This document shows positions 48,647-58,127 of a stretch of 64,000 bases of DNA, piece after piece. The notes under the pieces are model-generated. The model made no database searches. It had not been told where the DNA came from and saw only the letters and a program-made list of their open reading frames with translations. Position 1 is the first letter of the stretch; each line of letters begins with the position of its first letter. The DNA comes from an uncultured Candidatus Saccharibacteria bacterium (lineage in GTDB: Bacteria > Patescibacteriota > Minisyncoccia > Phycocordibacterales > SBAW01), in contig CAYQPO010000005.1 of the NCBI GenBank assembly GCA_964420015.1, forward strand, positions 6,523-70,522. The letters run 5' to 3'. The position numbers were made by a program, and so were the translations under genes.

Positions 48647-49398
48647 CGAACAGTCTCCCAAAGCGTTTTAAAAAGCTCTCGCAGATCGTGCGCCAGAGGA
48701 GCGTCGTGGATCTCTACCAAATAGTACGGTTTGTGGCGCGTGTTCACCGTTACTAAGTAGTCGCCCATAACCCAGATGCCTGATACAAAATTTGCTTTGG
48801 GCCATGGCCGCATCTCGCGGCGAGGATATTTTTTAGTGAGTTTGAGTTCTGCGGCCGATATGTTGGTCAACATCTTTAATCTGATTTGCTTGGCATTTTT
48901 CCTCCAATACAATTCTATTGCATCGGTGTATTGCTCGACGTAGGTGTGGTCTTGGAAGCCCCACATGATCGTATCGTAGCGGAGCATGCTGCTGTCCCAT
49001 TTGTAGGCCTCTTCTTTCAAAAATTGGCGAATCTTTTCTTCGGGGATAAAGCGGATCTGCGGCACCGGGTAGGTCTTCTCAGCTTCGTTTTTGGTGAGCT
49101 CCTCGGCCAGTTGTTTAAAAATTTTTTCTCGGACATTCAGACGTTTCTTCTCCTCGGCTATGAGCCCTTGCACCGCGCCGGGGGAGGATGGGCTAAAGAG
49201 GCGGGGACGCTTTGATGCATCTTCCACCAAGAGACCCTTCTCCACCAGAGTACGAGCAATAGAGTAAGCCGTGGTGCGCTTGATACCTGTGGCCCGCGCG
49301 AGCATGACCGGGCTTGCAACACCCATTTTGAGCACCACTCTATAGAGTTTTATTTCTTTGTGATTGAGGCCGAAGGCGGCGAGAAGCTTCTCGTTCAT
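48643..49398 (-). CDS. TrmB-family transcriptional regulator (8)
   Basis: FGLNHKEIKLY...IKRTTAY...LVEKGL; LFKTLW terminus; start moved to ATG 49398. Confidence 0.85.
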   Translation of the reverse strand: MNEKLLAAFGLNHKEIKLYRVVLKMGVASPVMLARATGIKRTTAYSIARTLVEKGLLVEDASKRPRLFSPSSPGAVQGLIAEEKKRLNVREKIFKQLAEELTKNEAEKTYPVPQIRFIPEEKIRQFLKEEAYKWDSSMLRYDTIMWGFQDHTYVEQYTDAIELYWRKNAKQIRLKMLTNISAAELKLTKKYPRREMRPWPKANFVSGIWVMGDYLVTVNTRHKPYYLVEIHDAPLAHDLRELFKTLWETVR

Positions 49399-49490
49399 GG
49401 AGAAAAGAGTAGTCTGTTGACGAGACTTTGTCAACAAAGGTCGGACAAGTGTTGACATGCGGCTCTTTAATACTCTACAGTAGTGCCGTT

Positions 49491-50609
49491 ATGAAAAGTA
49501 TTTTTATAGGCGCAGCGGCTCTTGTTGTGATCGCTGGTGGTCTTTATTTCTATACCCGAACAAGCGGCGGCTCTGCAGCGGCGCTTTCTAGCGACTCAAT
49601 CAACATCGGGTCAATCCTGATTTTAAGCAATAGCTATGCTGCAGAAGATGGTGAAAATCACCAAAAAGCGATCGACTTGGCTGTTGAGGAGATCAACGCC
49701 AAGGGCGGCATCGAGGGTAAGCCGGTGGTGGTCGACCATCAAGACCAAAACGGCGACAACCCTCAGGGCGCGGTAAATGCACTGCGGGCTCTGCAGAGCA
49801 GGGGCATTGGGCTCATCATTGGCCCTATGTTTGCTCCTGCCGCGAGTGCACTCGCGCCTATTGCCGAACAAGAGCATATTGTGCTTATTAGCGGCAGCAA
49901 TGGATCAGAAAAGTTTGCACCTGCAAGCGCCTATACTTTTCTTACCCAAATGGCGAGCCAGGGGCTCAGCTATGATCTGGCCGACTATCTGTATAAAAAA
50001 GGCTACCGCAAAATCGCCATACTTGGCTCACAACAAGAATGGGAGCACAGCCAAGCGGACTTCGTTGCTGAAGAATTTGAAAAACTTGGTGGTGTAGTGG
50101 TTGCTAAAGAGCTACCGCTTATGACTAATCTGGACCTGCGCGACGAGGCGCTTAAAATTAAACAAGCCCACCCTGAGGCGCTCGTGTTCACTAACTACGG
50201 CGAGGTAATGATCGCAGCTCTGCGCATGCGTACGTTAGATATAACTGCGCCGTTTTACAGTGTCGCGCTGGGCAACGAAAAGGTCGCCGAAGCTCAAGGT
50301 GCACTCGAAGGAGCGATCTATGTCGATTCAAACTCTCCGCAATCGGCGTTTACCCAAAAGTTCGAGCAACGCTATGGCATAAAACCGGTCTCGGGAGCCG
50401 ATGCGGCCTACGACGCCACCAGTATGCTCATGTATGCAATAGCCCAGGCACGCTCTACAGATCCTGAAAAAGTAAAAAATGCGCTCATGCAGATAAAAAC
50501 TTGGGATGGCGCATCGGGCATGCTCACCTTCGACCAATATGGTGGCGCCATCAAAGAACCTCGGTTCTTTATCGTGCGCGGCAATACCATTGTGTCCTAC
50601 ACGCCCTAA
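49491..50609 (+). CDS. LivJ/LivK-like ABC substrate-binding protein (7)
   Basis: INAKGGIEG, AYDA, GASG...FDQYG; start moved to ATG 49491. Confidence 0.88.
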   Translation: MKSIFIGAAALVVIAGGLYFYTRTSGGSAAALSSDSINIGSILILSNSYAAEDGENHQKAIDLAVEEINAKGGIEGKPVVVDHQDQNGDNPQGAVNALRALQSRGIGLIIGPMFAPAASALAPIAEQEHIVLISGSNGSEKFAPASAYTFLTQMASQGLSYDLADYLYKKGYRKIAILGSQQEWEHSQADFVAEEFEKLGGVVVAKELPLMTNLDLRDEALKIKQAHPEALVFTNYGEVMIAALRMRTLDITAPFYSVALGNEKVAEAQGALEGAIYVDSNSPQSAFTQKFEQRYGIKPVSGADAAYDATSMLMYAIAQARSTDPEKVKNALMQIKTWDGASGMLTFDQYGGAIKEPRFFIVRGNTIVSYTP

Positions 50610-50631
50610 AGTCTTTGCTATACTACTTCGT

Positions 50632-50949
50632 ATGGCACTAGATTTAGCGTATTTCAAAGACAAATTAGAAGAGGAGTTGGAGACGGTTGCGGGGGAGTTG
50701 GGCGATTTGGGCCACGAGGACATCGATCCTACTGCAACTGAGAAAGATGAGATCGCTGACAGGTTTGAGGAGCAAGAGGAGCACCAGAGCGAGAGCGGCA
50801 CGCTTATGCGTCGGCGCAACGATTTGATGGCCGCGCTCGGGCGCATCAAAGACGGCACCTATGGCATTTGCGAGGAGTGCGGGCAAGAAATAGGAGAGGA
50901 GCGGCTCGAGGCCAACCCCGCCGCAACCACTTGTAGCGTACACGTCTAA
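50632..50949 (+). CDS. DksA/TraR family zinc-finger protein
   Basis: ALGRIKDGTYGICEECG...ERLEANPAATTC. Confidence 0.88.
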   Translation: MALDLAYFKDKLEEELETVAGELGDLGHEDIDPTATEKDEIADRFEEQEEHQSESGTLMRRRNDLMAALGRIKDGTYGICEECGQEIGEERLEANPAATTCSVHV

Positions 50950-50978
50950 CAAGACAGTCGGGCCAAAGCTCGGCTGCT

Positions 50979-52103
50979 TTATTTGAGCGGGACGAGAACT
51001 CCGTTCTTTACCGTTTCTATTTTCACAGGGGTTGAGTCGACTGCGTGATTTTCGTTGAATTGCACCTTGCCAAGCGGTGTGTCGAAGGTGTGTGTAGCAA
51101 CGTACTGTCCGACTTCCGCACGATCTTTACTGCGGGCAACCGCCTGCACAAGAATATACACCGCTGCATAACTTTTATCAGCCGACTTAGTGGGCACGGC
51201 CCCATAAGCAGCCTGATATTCCTCGATGAAATTGGGTGTACTAAACTCCCAGTCAAGAATCGTTGCATTTTCGATGAGAGCCTTGTCCGCACCAGCGTCG
51301 GTAAACGAATCTGTAAGCCCGTTATACCCGACGACCGCCGGGTGGAAATCGAGGTCCCTCGCCTGGCGCAAAAACGTGAGCGGGTCCTCAACCACCATAT
51401 CGAGAAACACAGTGTCGACGTTTTGCTGCTTTAATTTTAAAATAAGCGTACGGAAGTCGTTTCCTCCGATCTGTGGGTATGACTCGTCGATCACGGGTGG
51501 GCGTCCAAGTTCCTGCATCACTCCCGAGAGTGTGGTCACTATCTCTTGGCCGAACACCGACTTGAAGTGTACGACCGCAAGCTTTTGCGTATTGCTTTTC
51601 GCTATATGGCCCTCCAGCTCCCGAATTACCGAGCTAAACGATGGCAACATGACAAACGAGTACGGGGTGAGTTTGAAATCGCCTGGTATATAGAAATTGG
51701 TAGGAGAGATAAGTGTCGTCTGAGAGCTGTCCGCGATGGGCAGGAGCGGCTGCGTGGCGAAATCGAACATGCCACCCACAATTGCATCGACACGATCGAC
51801 GCTCACGAGCTTTTGAAACCCCGATACAGCTTCTTTGGGGTCGGTGTGGTCATCCTCGATATACAGTTCAACCTTACGCCCATCGATACCACCATTTTTG
51901 TTGATATCGTCGACCGCAAGCTGGATGCTCTTATGCGCCTCTTCGCCAAAGGCAGCGGCTACGCCCGTTTGCGAAAGTAGGGCACCAATCTTAATGGGGT
52001 TATTCGTTTGTTGGGCAGAAAAGGAACTCCCTTTGTATACAAGCCCCGCACCGACGAGGACCACAACGATGATGCCTGCTGCCCATATAAATTGCTTTTG
52101 CAT
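50979..52103 (-). CDS. LivJ/LivK-like ABC substrate-binding protein (8)
   Basis: IKIGALLSQTG, INKNGGIDG, DFRTLI. Confidence 0.88.
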   Translation of the reverse strand: MQKQFIWAAGIIVVVLVGAGLVYKGSSFSAQQTNNPIKIGALLSQTGVAAAFGEEAHKSIQLAVDDINKNGGIDGRKVELYIEDDHTDPKEAVSGFQKLVSVDRVDAIVGGMFDFATQPLLPIADSSQTTLISPTNFYIPGDFKLTPYSFVMLPSFSSVIRELEGHIAKSNTQKLAVVHFKSVFGQEIVTTLSGVMQELGRPPVIDESYPQIGGNDFRTLILKLKQQNVDTVFLDMVVEDPLTFLRQARDLDFHPAVVGYNGLTDSFTDAGADKALIENATILDWEFSTPNFIEEYQAAYGAVPTKSADKSYAAVYILVQAVARSKDRAEVGQYVATHTFDTPLGKVQFNENHAVDSTPVKIETVKNGVLVPLK

Positions 52104-52224
52104 GAACTATAATGTACTCAACAAAACGGACTATGTCAATATATAGTCATGATTTTATTTCTCCTATTAGTAGATTGAAAGGCCTATCTGATAGGCTTTT
52201 TTCTGTGCTATAGTCGTAAAAAGA

Positions 52225-52962
52225 ATGACTGACTATATTAACAGTGCGCTCAAAGCCGGTCTCTCCCCTAAGGCAGGAGCTGTTTATGTGGCATTGCTGG
52301 AAGCGGGTGCGGCATTGGCCCCCAAAAATATCATCACCAAAACGAAACTCTACAGACAATACGTATACGACGCCTTGCACGAGCTTGCGGACAAGCGGCT
52401 CATAACCACCGAGGGCGAAGGCCGCAGCATACGGTACTTAGCGGTAAGCCCAGATACATTACTACAAGAAGTGGAGAAGAAACGTATTGATACGCTTGAG
52501 GGAGTACAAAATCTTTTACACCTGTATGACAGATCTCCCGCTGGAGTTGTAGATATCGTCCGGGGCAATCGAGCGGCAATCGAGTACGACCTGCAACAAA
52601 TCCGAGACGCTCACGAAGGAGACTTTCTTGATGTGATCGGCGGCGGGGGCTTGCACTGGGTCCGCATGTTTGAAGCATCGGGGCGTATGGAAGAATGGGA
52701 AGCCTTGCGCAAGAAAAAGAACGTCAAAATCCGCTACATTGGTGTCGGCGAAGATGTCCGATTTAATAGAGAGCAAAGCATCAGTGAAAACGAATCGCGA
52801 ATCATACCGGGGATAGGGGACCTGGTGAGCGTCGTGATCCGCAAAGATAGCGTCACCTTCGATATGTATGACCCCGAAGCGATTTATGTGAGAGTAAAAA
52901 GCAAAGCTGCGGCAGCGAGCCAGCGCGCATTATTTGAAGTTTTGTGGCAAGCTGCTAAATGA
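52225..52962 (+). CDS. TrmB-family transcriptional regulator (9)
   Basis: GLSPKAGAVYVALL...RQYVY HTH; LFEVLW terminus. Confidence 0.82.
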   Translation: MTDYINSALKAGLSPKAGAVYVALLEAGAALAPKNIITKTKLYRQYVYDALHELADKRLITTEGEGRSIRYLAVSPDTLLQEVEKKRIDTLEGVQNLLHLYDRSPAGVVDIVRGNRAAIEYDLQQIRDAHEGDFLDVIGGGGLHWVRMFEASGRMEEWEALRKKKNVKIRYIGVGEDVRFNREQSISENESRIIPGIGDLVSVVIRKDSVTFDMYDPEAIYVRVKSKAAAASQRALFEVLWQAAK

Positions 52963-54147
52963 ATGCACAAGCAGAATCTCTTTTTGTGGGCCCTATACGA
53001 CTTTGCTAACTCGATCGTCTATATCGCGTTTTTGCTCTACTTTGCGCAGTGGCTAGTGGTCGACGCGGGGCTCTCTGACTTTTGGTACAACGCACTCTTT
53101 GCCCTTTCGACCCTACTCTTGCTCACAACCGCGCCGCTCCTCTCAGCCCGTGTCGACCAACATGGAGGTGGCAAATTTTGGCTCACAGTTGCTACGATAG
53201 GTACCGCGCTGAGTTATGGAGGAGCTATCGCGCTAGCCCATAGCGACACTCACTTTGTTTGGCCTGCGGCGCTCCTCTTTTTACTAGGACAATACTTTTA
53301 TCAACTCTCTTTCGTGTTTTATACCCCCATGCTTGTTGAACTAGGACCCCCGCAGGTGCGCGCACGCGCCTCGGGCATCGGGCAGTTTGGCAACGCACTG
53401 GGGCAAATTTGTGGCGTGCTCTTGGCGCTCCCGTTTGCAGCCACACGCCTGGGGCCAATGTTCCCTGCATTGCTCGTTTTTATTTTGCTCTCACTTCCGA
53501 TGCTTTTGTGGTATCGCGAGCAGCCGCGGCTAGCTCACTTTGGCGAGCATCGACCCTATTTCAAAAAATTATTCACGTTCTTGTCCTCGTCGCTTGCTGC
53601 GTCGTTCTTGCTGGCGTACTTTTTCTTTAACGATGCGGTTATTACGCTCAGCAACAACTACGCGATCGTACTTGAACGGATGTGGGGCGTTCAGGATGTG
53701 ACCAAATCTCTTCTCCTGCTCGCAATCCTAATCGCCTCTGCCTTTGGCGGCATCATTGCCGGGTGGGTCGCCGAACGAATTGGCGTATATAAAACCCTTT
53801 TGAGCCTAATCCTCGGTTGGGTAGTGCTCCTTATACTGCTGAGCCTTGCACCGACGTTCTTTGTCTTTTCTGTACTCACCGTGCTGGTAGGGCTCCTTAT
53901 CGGCTCTTCCTTCTCCACATCGCGAGTGTATTTTACGGAGCTTCTCAGGTCGGAGGAACTTACCTACGGTTTTTCGCTCTTTACGCTCTTTGAGCGTTTT
54001 GCCTCGTTTGTGGGCCCGCTGCTTTGGGGAGTGATGGTGGTAGAGAGTGGCTACCGGCTGGCGGTCGTGGCCATGGCGGGGCTCATGGCTATAGGTTTGG
54101 TAATACTCTTGCGTTACAAAAACGGGTGGCGTAAAGCTCATCTATAA
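52963..54147 (+). CDS. MFS transporter (UMF1/BtlA-like)
   Basis: WALYDFANS motif, about 12 TM helices. Confidence 0.85.
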   Translation: MHKQNLFLWALYDFANSIVYIAFLLYFAQWLVVDAGLSDFWYNALFALSTLLLLTTAPLLSARVDQHGGGKFWLTVATIGTALSYGGAIALAHSDTHFVWPAALLFLLGQYFYQLSFVFYTPMLVELGPPQVRARASGIGQFGNALGQICGVLLALPFAATRLGPMFPALLVFILLSLPMLLWYREQPRLAHFGEHRPYFKKLFTFLSSSLAASFLLAYFFFNDAVITLSNNYAIVLERMWGVQDVTKSLLLLAILIASAFGGIIAGWVAERIGVYKTLLSLILGWVVLLILLSLAPTFFVFSVLTVLVGLLIGSSFSTSRVYFTELLRSEELTYGFSLFTLFERFASFVGPLLWGVMVVESGYRLAVVAMAGLMAIGLVILLRYKNGWRKAHL

Positions 54148-54156
54148 TTGCAACTG

Positions 54157-55719
54157 ATGCAATACGCTAAAGTATTTGGCGCGCAGACCTCCGTACTCAC
54201 GCCGCATATTGTTTCGGTGGAGACAGACTTGAGTCGCGGGCTGCACGCGTTTACTTTGGTTGGTTTGCCCGATAAAGCGGTGGAGGAGGCGCGCGATAGG
54301 GTGAGCGCGGCGATTAAGCACGCGGGCTTTGAGTCGCCCAAGAGCCGTAATCAAAAAATTGTCATTTCGCTGGCTCCCGCGGATTTAAAAAAGGAAGGGC
54401 CCATGTTTGATCTGCCCATCGCGCTCTCTTATTTGCTAGCCGCGGGGGATATTAAGTTTGACCCCAGCCCCTATGTGTTTGTCGGCGAATTGGCACTCGA
54501 CGGTGCGGTAGCGCCGGTACGCGGCTTACTGCCTTTGGTGGCCGAAGCCAAACGCAGAAAAAAGAAAGCGGTCTTCGTGCCTAAAGAAAATGAGGCCGAA
54601 GCGGCACTGGTGGACGGCATTGCGGTTTATGGAGTCGAGAGTCTGCGCCAAGTGATCGACTTTTTAAACGAAAAGAAATCACCGGAGAATAAAAAGAGGG
54701 TGGGGCAAGAGATTAGTCTGAGGCCCGCCGCACAAACCAAACTTGAGCCCGACTTTGGCGACGGGCAGTTTGCGTTTGAAGACATCCGCGGGCAGCAGAG
54801 CGCCAAGCGTGCGGCAATCATCGCTGCAGCTGGCGGCCACAATCTTGGTCTCTCCGGGCCGCCGGGTACGGGCAAAACGATGCTCGCTCGCGCGCTCGCC
54901 TCGATTCTCCCGCCGCTCAGTTTCGACGACATGCTGGAGGTCAACTCGATCCACTCGGTGGCAGGCGTGTTGCGCGGCGAGCTACTCACTATGCCGCCCT
55001 TTCGCTCGCCCCATCACACCTCATCGTATGTTTCGATTGTGGGCGGTGGGGCAAACCCGCGCCCCGGCGAGGCCACACTTGCGCACAAAGGCGTGCTCTT
55101 TTTAGATGAGTTCCCCGAGTTTGAACGCCGGGTGATTGAAGCGCTGCGCCAGCCACTCGAAGACAGGATGATCAGTGTTGCGCGGGCCAAGGGGACGGCG
55201 CAATTCCCCGCGCGCTTTACGCTTGTGGCGGCGATGAACCCGTGCCCCTGCGGCAACTATGGCCACCCCGAAATCGCTTGCACTTGCAACCCGTTTGCAC
55301 TTGAGCGCTACCGCCGCAAACTCTCTGGCCCCATCGCCGACCGCATCGACCTTTGGAGCGTCATGGGCCCGGTGGAGCTTGGCGAGTTGGGACACAGAAA
55401 TAAAGAAGGGACCGAAACAACCGCAGCGCGCAAACGCGTGCTCGTTTCCCGCGAGGCCCAGAAGAAACGTTTTTCAAAAACTAAAAACCCGGGCAAGACC
55501 AACAGCGACCTCTCGCCGCGGGAATTGGACGAGCTGGTGCCACTCTCGCAAAAAGCACGTGAGGTGTTAGAGAAAGCGGGCACGCGTCTGGCACTTAGCC
55601 CGCGCGCCTTTCATCGCGTGATTAAAGTGGCGCGTACGATCGCCGACCTCGATGAACATCCTGACATCAACGAGTCGCACATTTTAGAGGCGCTGCAGTA
55701 CCGAGAGAAAAAGAGTTGA
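54157..55719 (+). CDS. comM: ComM/YifB Mg-chelatase-like AAA+ ATPase
   Basis: VGLPD, LAPADLKKEG, GPPGTGKT, FRSPHH, NPCPCG. Confidence 0.92.
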   Translation: MQYAKVFGAQTSVLTPHIVSVETDLSRGLHAFTLVGLPDKAVEEARDRVSAAIKHAGFESPKSRNQKIVISLAPADLKKEGPMFDLPIALSYLLAAGDIKFDPSPYVFVGELALDGAVAPVRGLLPLVAEAKRRKKKAVFVPKENEAEAALVDGIAVYGVESLRQVIDFLNEKKSPENKKRVGQEISLRPAAQTKLEPDFGDGQFAFEDIRGQQSAKRAAIIAAAGGHNLGLSGPPGTGKTMLARALASILPPLSFDDMLEVNSIHSVAGVLRGELLTMPPFRSPHHTSSYVSIVGGGANPRPGEATLAHKGVLFLDEFPEFERRVIEALRQPLEDRMISVARAKGTAQFPARFTLVAAMNPCPCGNYGHPEIACTCNPFALERYRRKLSGPIADRIDLWSVMGPVELGELGHRNKEGTETTAARKRVLVSREAQKKRFSKTKNPGKTNSDLSPRELDELVPLSQKAREVLEKAGTRLALSPRAFHRVIKVARTIADLDEHPDINESHILEALQYREKKS

Positions 55720-55726
55720 ACACCCT

Positions 55727-56359
55727 ATGACAAAGACTGCACTCATCAGGGCCCCAAGTTTGCACGCAGCGTCGATCAAACATCTTTCTAAAGACAAGTT
55801 GCTTGGGCCGTTTATTCGCGGTTATGGGCCCTTGCTTATTAGACGAAAGCCTACACAAAGCACGTTTGAGTCTTTGGCCCAGTCGATCATACACCAGCAG
55901 ATTTCGGGCGCAGCTGCGCGCAGCGTGGTTAAAAAGTTTCTGGCGCTGTGGCCAAAAAAGAAATTCCCCGCACCTAAAGATGTTGCCGCTGTTTCGCGAG
56001 CAAAACTGCGCCTAGCTGGTGTCTCATCGCAAAAAGTGGGCTACTTAAAAGACCTGGCGGATAAGTTTTTAGATGGCACGATCAATCCGAAGCTCTTTTC
56101 AAAGATGCGTGACGAGGAGATTATTGAGCACGTGGTTGCGGTCAAGGGGATAGGCGAGTGGACCGCACAGATGTTTTTGATGTTTACGCTTGGCCGACCT
56201 GACGTGCTCCCGACCGGCGATCTTGGCATCCAAAAAGCATTCCAAAAAGTGTTCCGGCTGCGCAAAAAGCCAAGCCCACAAAAAATGCAGCAGCTTTCCA
56301 AACGTTGGGCAGGACACCGCACGGTCGCGTGCTTTTACCTTTGGCGGATGATGGATTAG
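55727..56359 (+). CDS. alkA: DNA-3-methyladenine glycosylase II
   Basis: QQIS, HhH motif VKGIGEWTA, LPTGDLG. Confidence 0.88.
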   Translation: MTKTALIRAPSLHAASIKHLSKDKLLGPFIRGYGPLLIRRKPTQSTFESLAQSIIHQQISGAAARSVVKKFLALWPKKKFPAPKDVAAVSRAKLRLAGVSSQKVGYLKDLADKFLDGTINPKLFSKMRDEEIIEHVVAVKGIGEWTAQMFLMFTLGRPDVLPTGDLGIQKAFQKVFRLRKKPSPQKMQQLSKRWAGHRTVACFYLWRMMD

Positions 56360-56428
56360 GCAAAAAAGAAAGCCCCGCGCCGCGGGGCTCGGACCGACAA
56401 GGGCCCAGGCAAAAGCTCTACCGAATCA

Positions 56429-56710
56429 TTATGACTCGGCAGGAGCCACCGGATTGAGCCGCTTTACCAAGTCGACTAATGTCTCCCTGAGCTCGTCACG
56501 CAACGAAGAGATGCCCGGTAGCCGGCCATAGTGATTCCCAGAGAGTCTGACCATCTGTGAGCGCAGCGCTGTCTGCACTTTTTCGTTTTCCTCTTCTGAG
56601 AACTCCGTCGCACGCAAGTCGAGCAGACATTCCACGTACTCTTGCTCTGTGTCTGAGTTCAAGTGTAGGAATAACTCGCCTAGAGCTTGTAACCTCTCCT
56701 CGAGATTCAT
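56429..56710 (-). CDS. orphan hypothetical protein
   Basis: GGAGG SD before ATG 56710; hairpin at 56371-56389 downstream. Confidence 0.6.
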   Translation of the reverse strand: MNLEERLQALGELFLHLNSDTEQEYVECLLDLRATEFSEEENEKVQTALRSQMVRLSGNHYGRLPGISSLRDELRETLVDLVKRLNPVAPAES

Positions 56711-56799
56711 GTCTCGCCTCCAACCGCAAAAACTCCCTGCACAGACTGTAACACCTCTCAAAAAATTTTAAAAATCTCTCTCGAAGCGCCCGTTTTTAT

Positions 56800-57924
56800 T
56801 TAAATCGCAAACGGGTTGACTGCGCCACGAACCTCGAAGTGCAGGTGCGGGCCAGTAGCCTCGCCCGTGCTACCCACTTTGCCGATTACCTCTCCGCGCG
56901 AAACACTCTCCCCCGAAGAGACCAGCACCCGGCTCATATGCGCGTAGAGTGTTTGAGTACCGTTTGCATGCGCGATTACCACGTAGTTGCCATAGCCACC
57001 GTTCCACCCGCCGCCGCCACGCGCGACGATCACCATGCCGTCTGCTGCTGCATAAATGCCCGTACCAGAGAGCGCGCCGATATCAACGGCGTTCCATCCG
57101 TGTAGGCCTTGGGTGATCACGCCGCCTGCAACCGGCCACCCAAAGTAACCGCCCAAGTCTGGCCCGCTACCGCCCAAATACGGTTCGCCGCCGCCTTTTT
57201 TAATGCGGCTGATCGCTTTTTGGTGTGCAGTTTGTGCGAGCTGTGCAGCGGTCGGAGGCACCTCGCCGTTGGGGATGATCAGCACCGTTCCTTGAGCGAG
57301 TGCGGCGTCTGGGGCAAGCCCGTTGTACTGCGCGATTTCGTTTGCGTCGCCTTTATACTTCTTCGCAATCCCTGCAAGCGTATCGCCTTTTAGCGTTGTG
57401 TATTGCACGCCCGCGATCGGCAAGATTACCAGCTGGTCGCCCTCATGAATGGTCCCGCCTTTGAGGTTGTTGGCCCACACAATGGTGTTGGCCGTGACCC
57501 CAAACATCTTGGCTATTGCCTGGAGCGTGTCGCCTTTGTGCACTGTATAAATCGAGATCGCCGTTGACTGCGGCAAAGCAGTGTCGACGTCGGCCGCAGT
57601 ACCCGACGGCCCTTCCTCGGAGATCAGCGCCTCGCCACCAACCAGTGAGATGTCACCTCCGCCTGTCGCTGGGTTGGGGTCGATGTTGTGCGCTGGCGTA
57701 AGCAGCGACACTGTTTGGGAGTTTTGCGACGCGACCGAAGCGGCAGAAGTTTTAGTTATGTCTTGCAAAAAAGAGGGGATCGAAAAAAGGCTCGCCTGTG
57801 CAAACACCGGAGCAAGAAGCATCAAAGACGCCCCCGACGATATGGCGGCAAACCAGAGCGACTTTTTGAGCTTCTCATGGGCCAAGGAGCCGCGGTGAGA
57901 GTGGCGTGAACGTGTAGATTTCAA
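56800..57924 (-). CDS. LysM x2 + M23 peptidase
   Basis: YTVHKGDTL LysM; HGWNAVD, YAHM, TGPHLHFEV; start uncertain. Confidence 0.92.
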   Translation of the reverse strand: MKSTRSRHSHRGSLAHEKLKKSLWFAAISSGASLMLLAPVFAQASLFSIPSFLQDITKTSAASVASQNSQTVSLLTPAHNIDPNPATGGGDISLVGGEALISEEGPSGTAADVDTALPQSTAISIYTVHKGDTLQAIAKMFGVTANTIVWANNLKGGTIHEGDQLVILPIAGVQYTTLKGDTLAGIAKKYKGDANEIAQYNGLAPDAALAQGTVLIIPNGEVPPTAAQLAQTAHQKAISRIKKGGGEPYLGGSGPDLGGYFGWPVAGGVITQGLHGWNAVDIGALSGTGIYAAADGMVIVARGGGGWNGGYGNYVVIAHANGTQTLYAHMSRVLVSSGESVSRGEVIGKVGSTGEATGPHLHFEVRGAVNPFAI

Positions 57925-58127
57925 AACAGTGATTTTGGCCTGAATTTTGCGTGATTCTGCTAAAAAATGGCCCTATTGAGCCACATTTTTAGCTCCCGTC
58001 CCTGTGTAAACCCACTATAAGAAAGTGGATCACATAGCGCAACCGCTTGGTGTTTCATCTGTGGACAATATCTGAAGTTTCAATGAAAAAACGTTGAAAA
58101 ATAAGGTCAAAAAAGTATGATAGAGCA

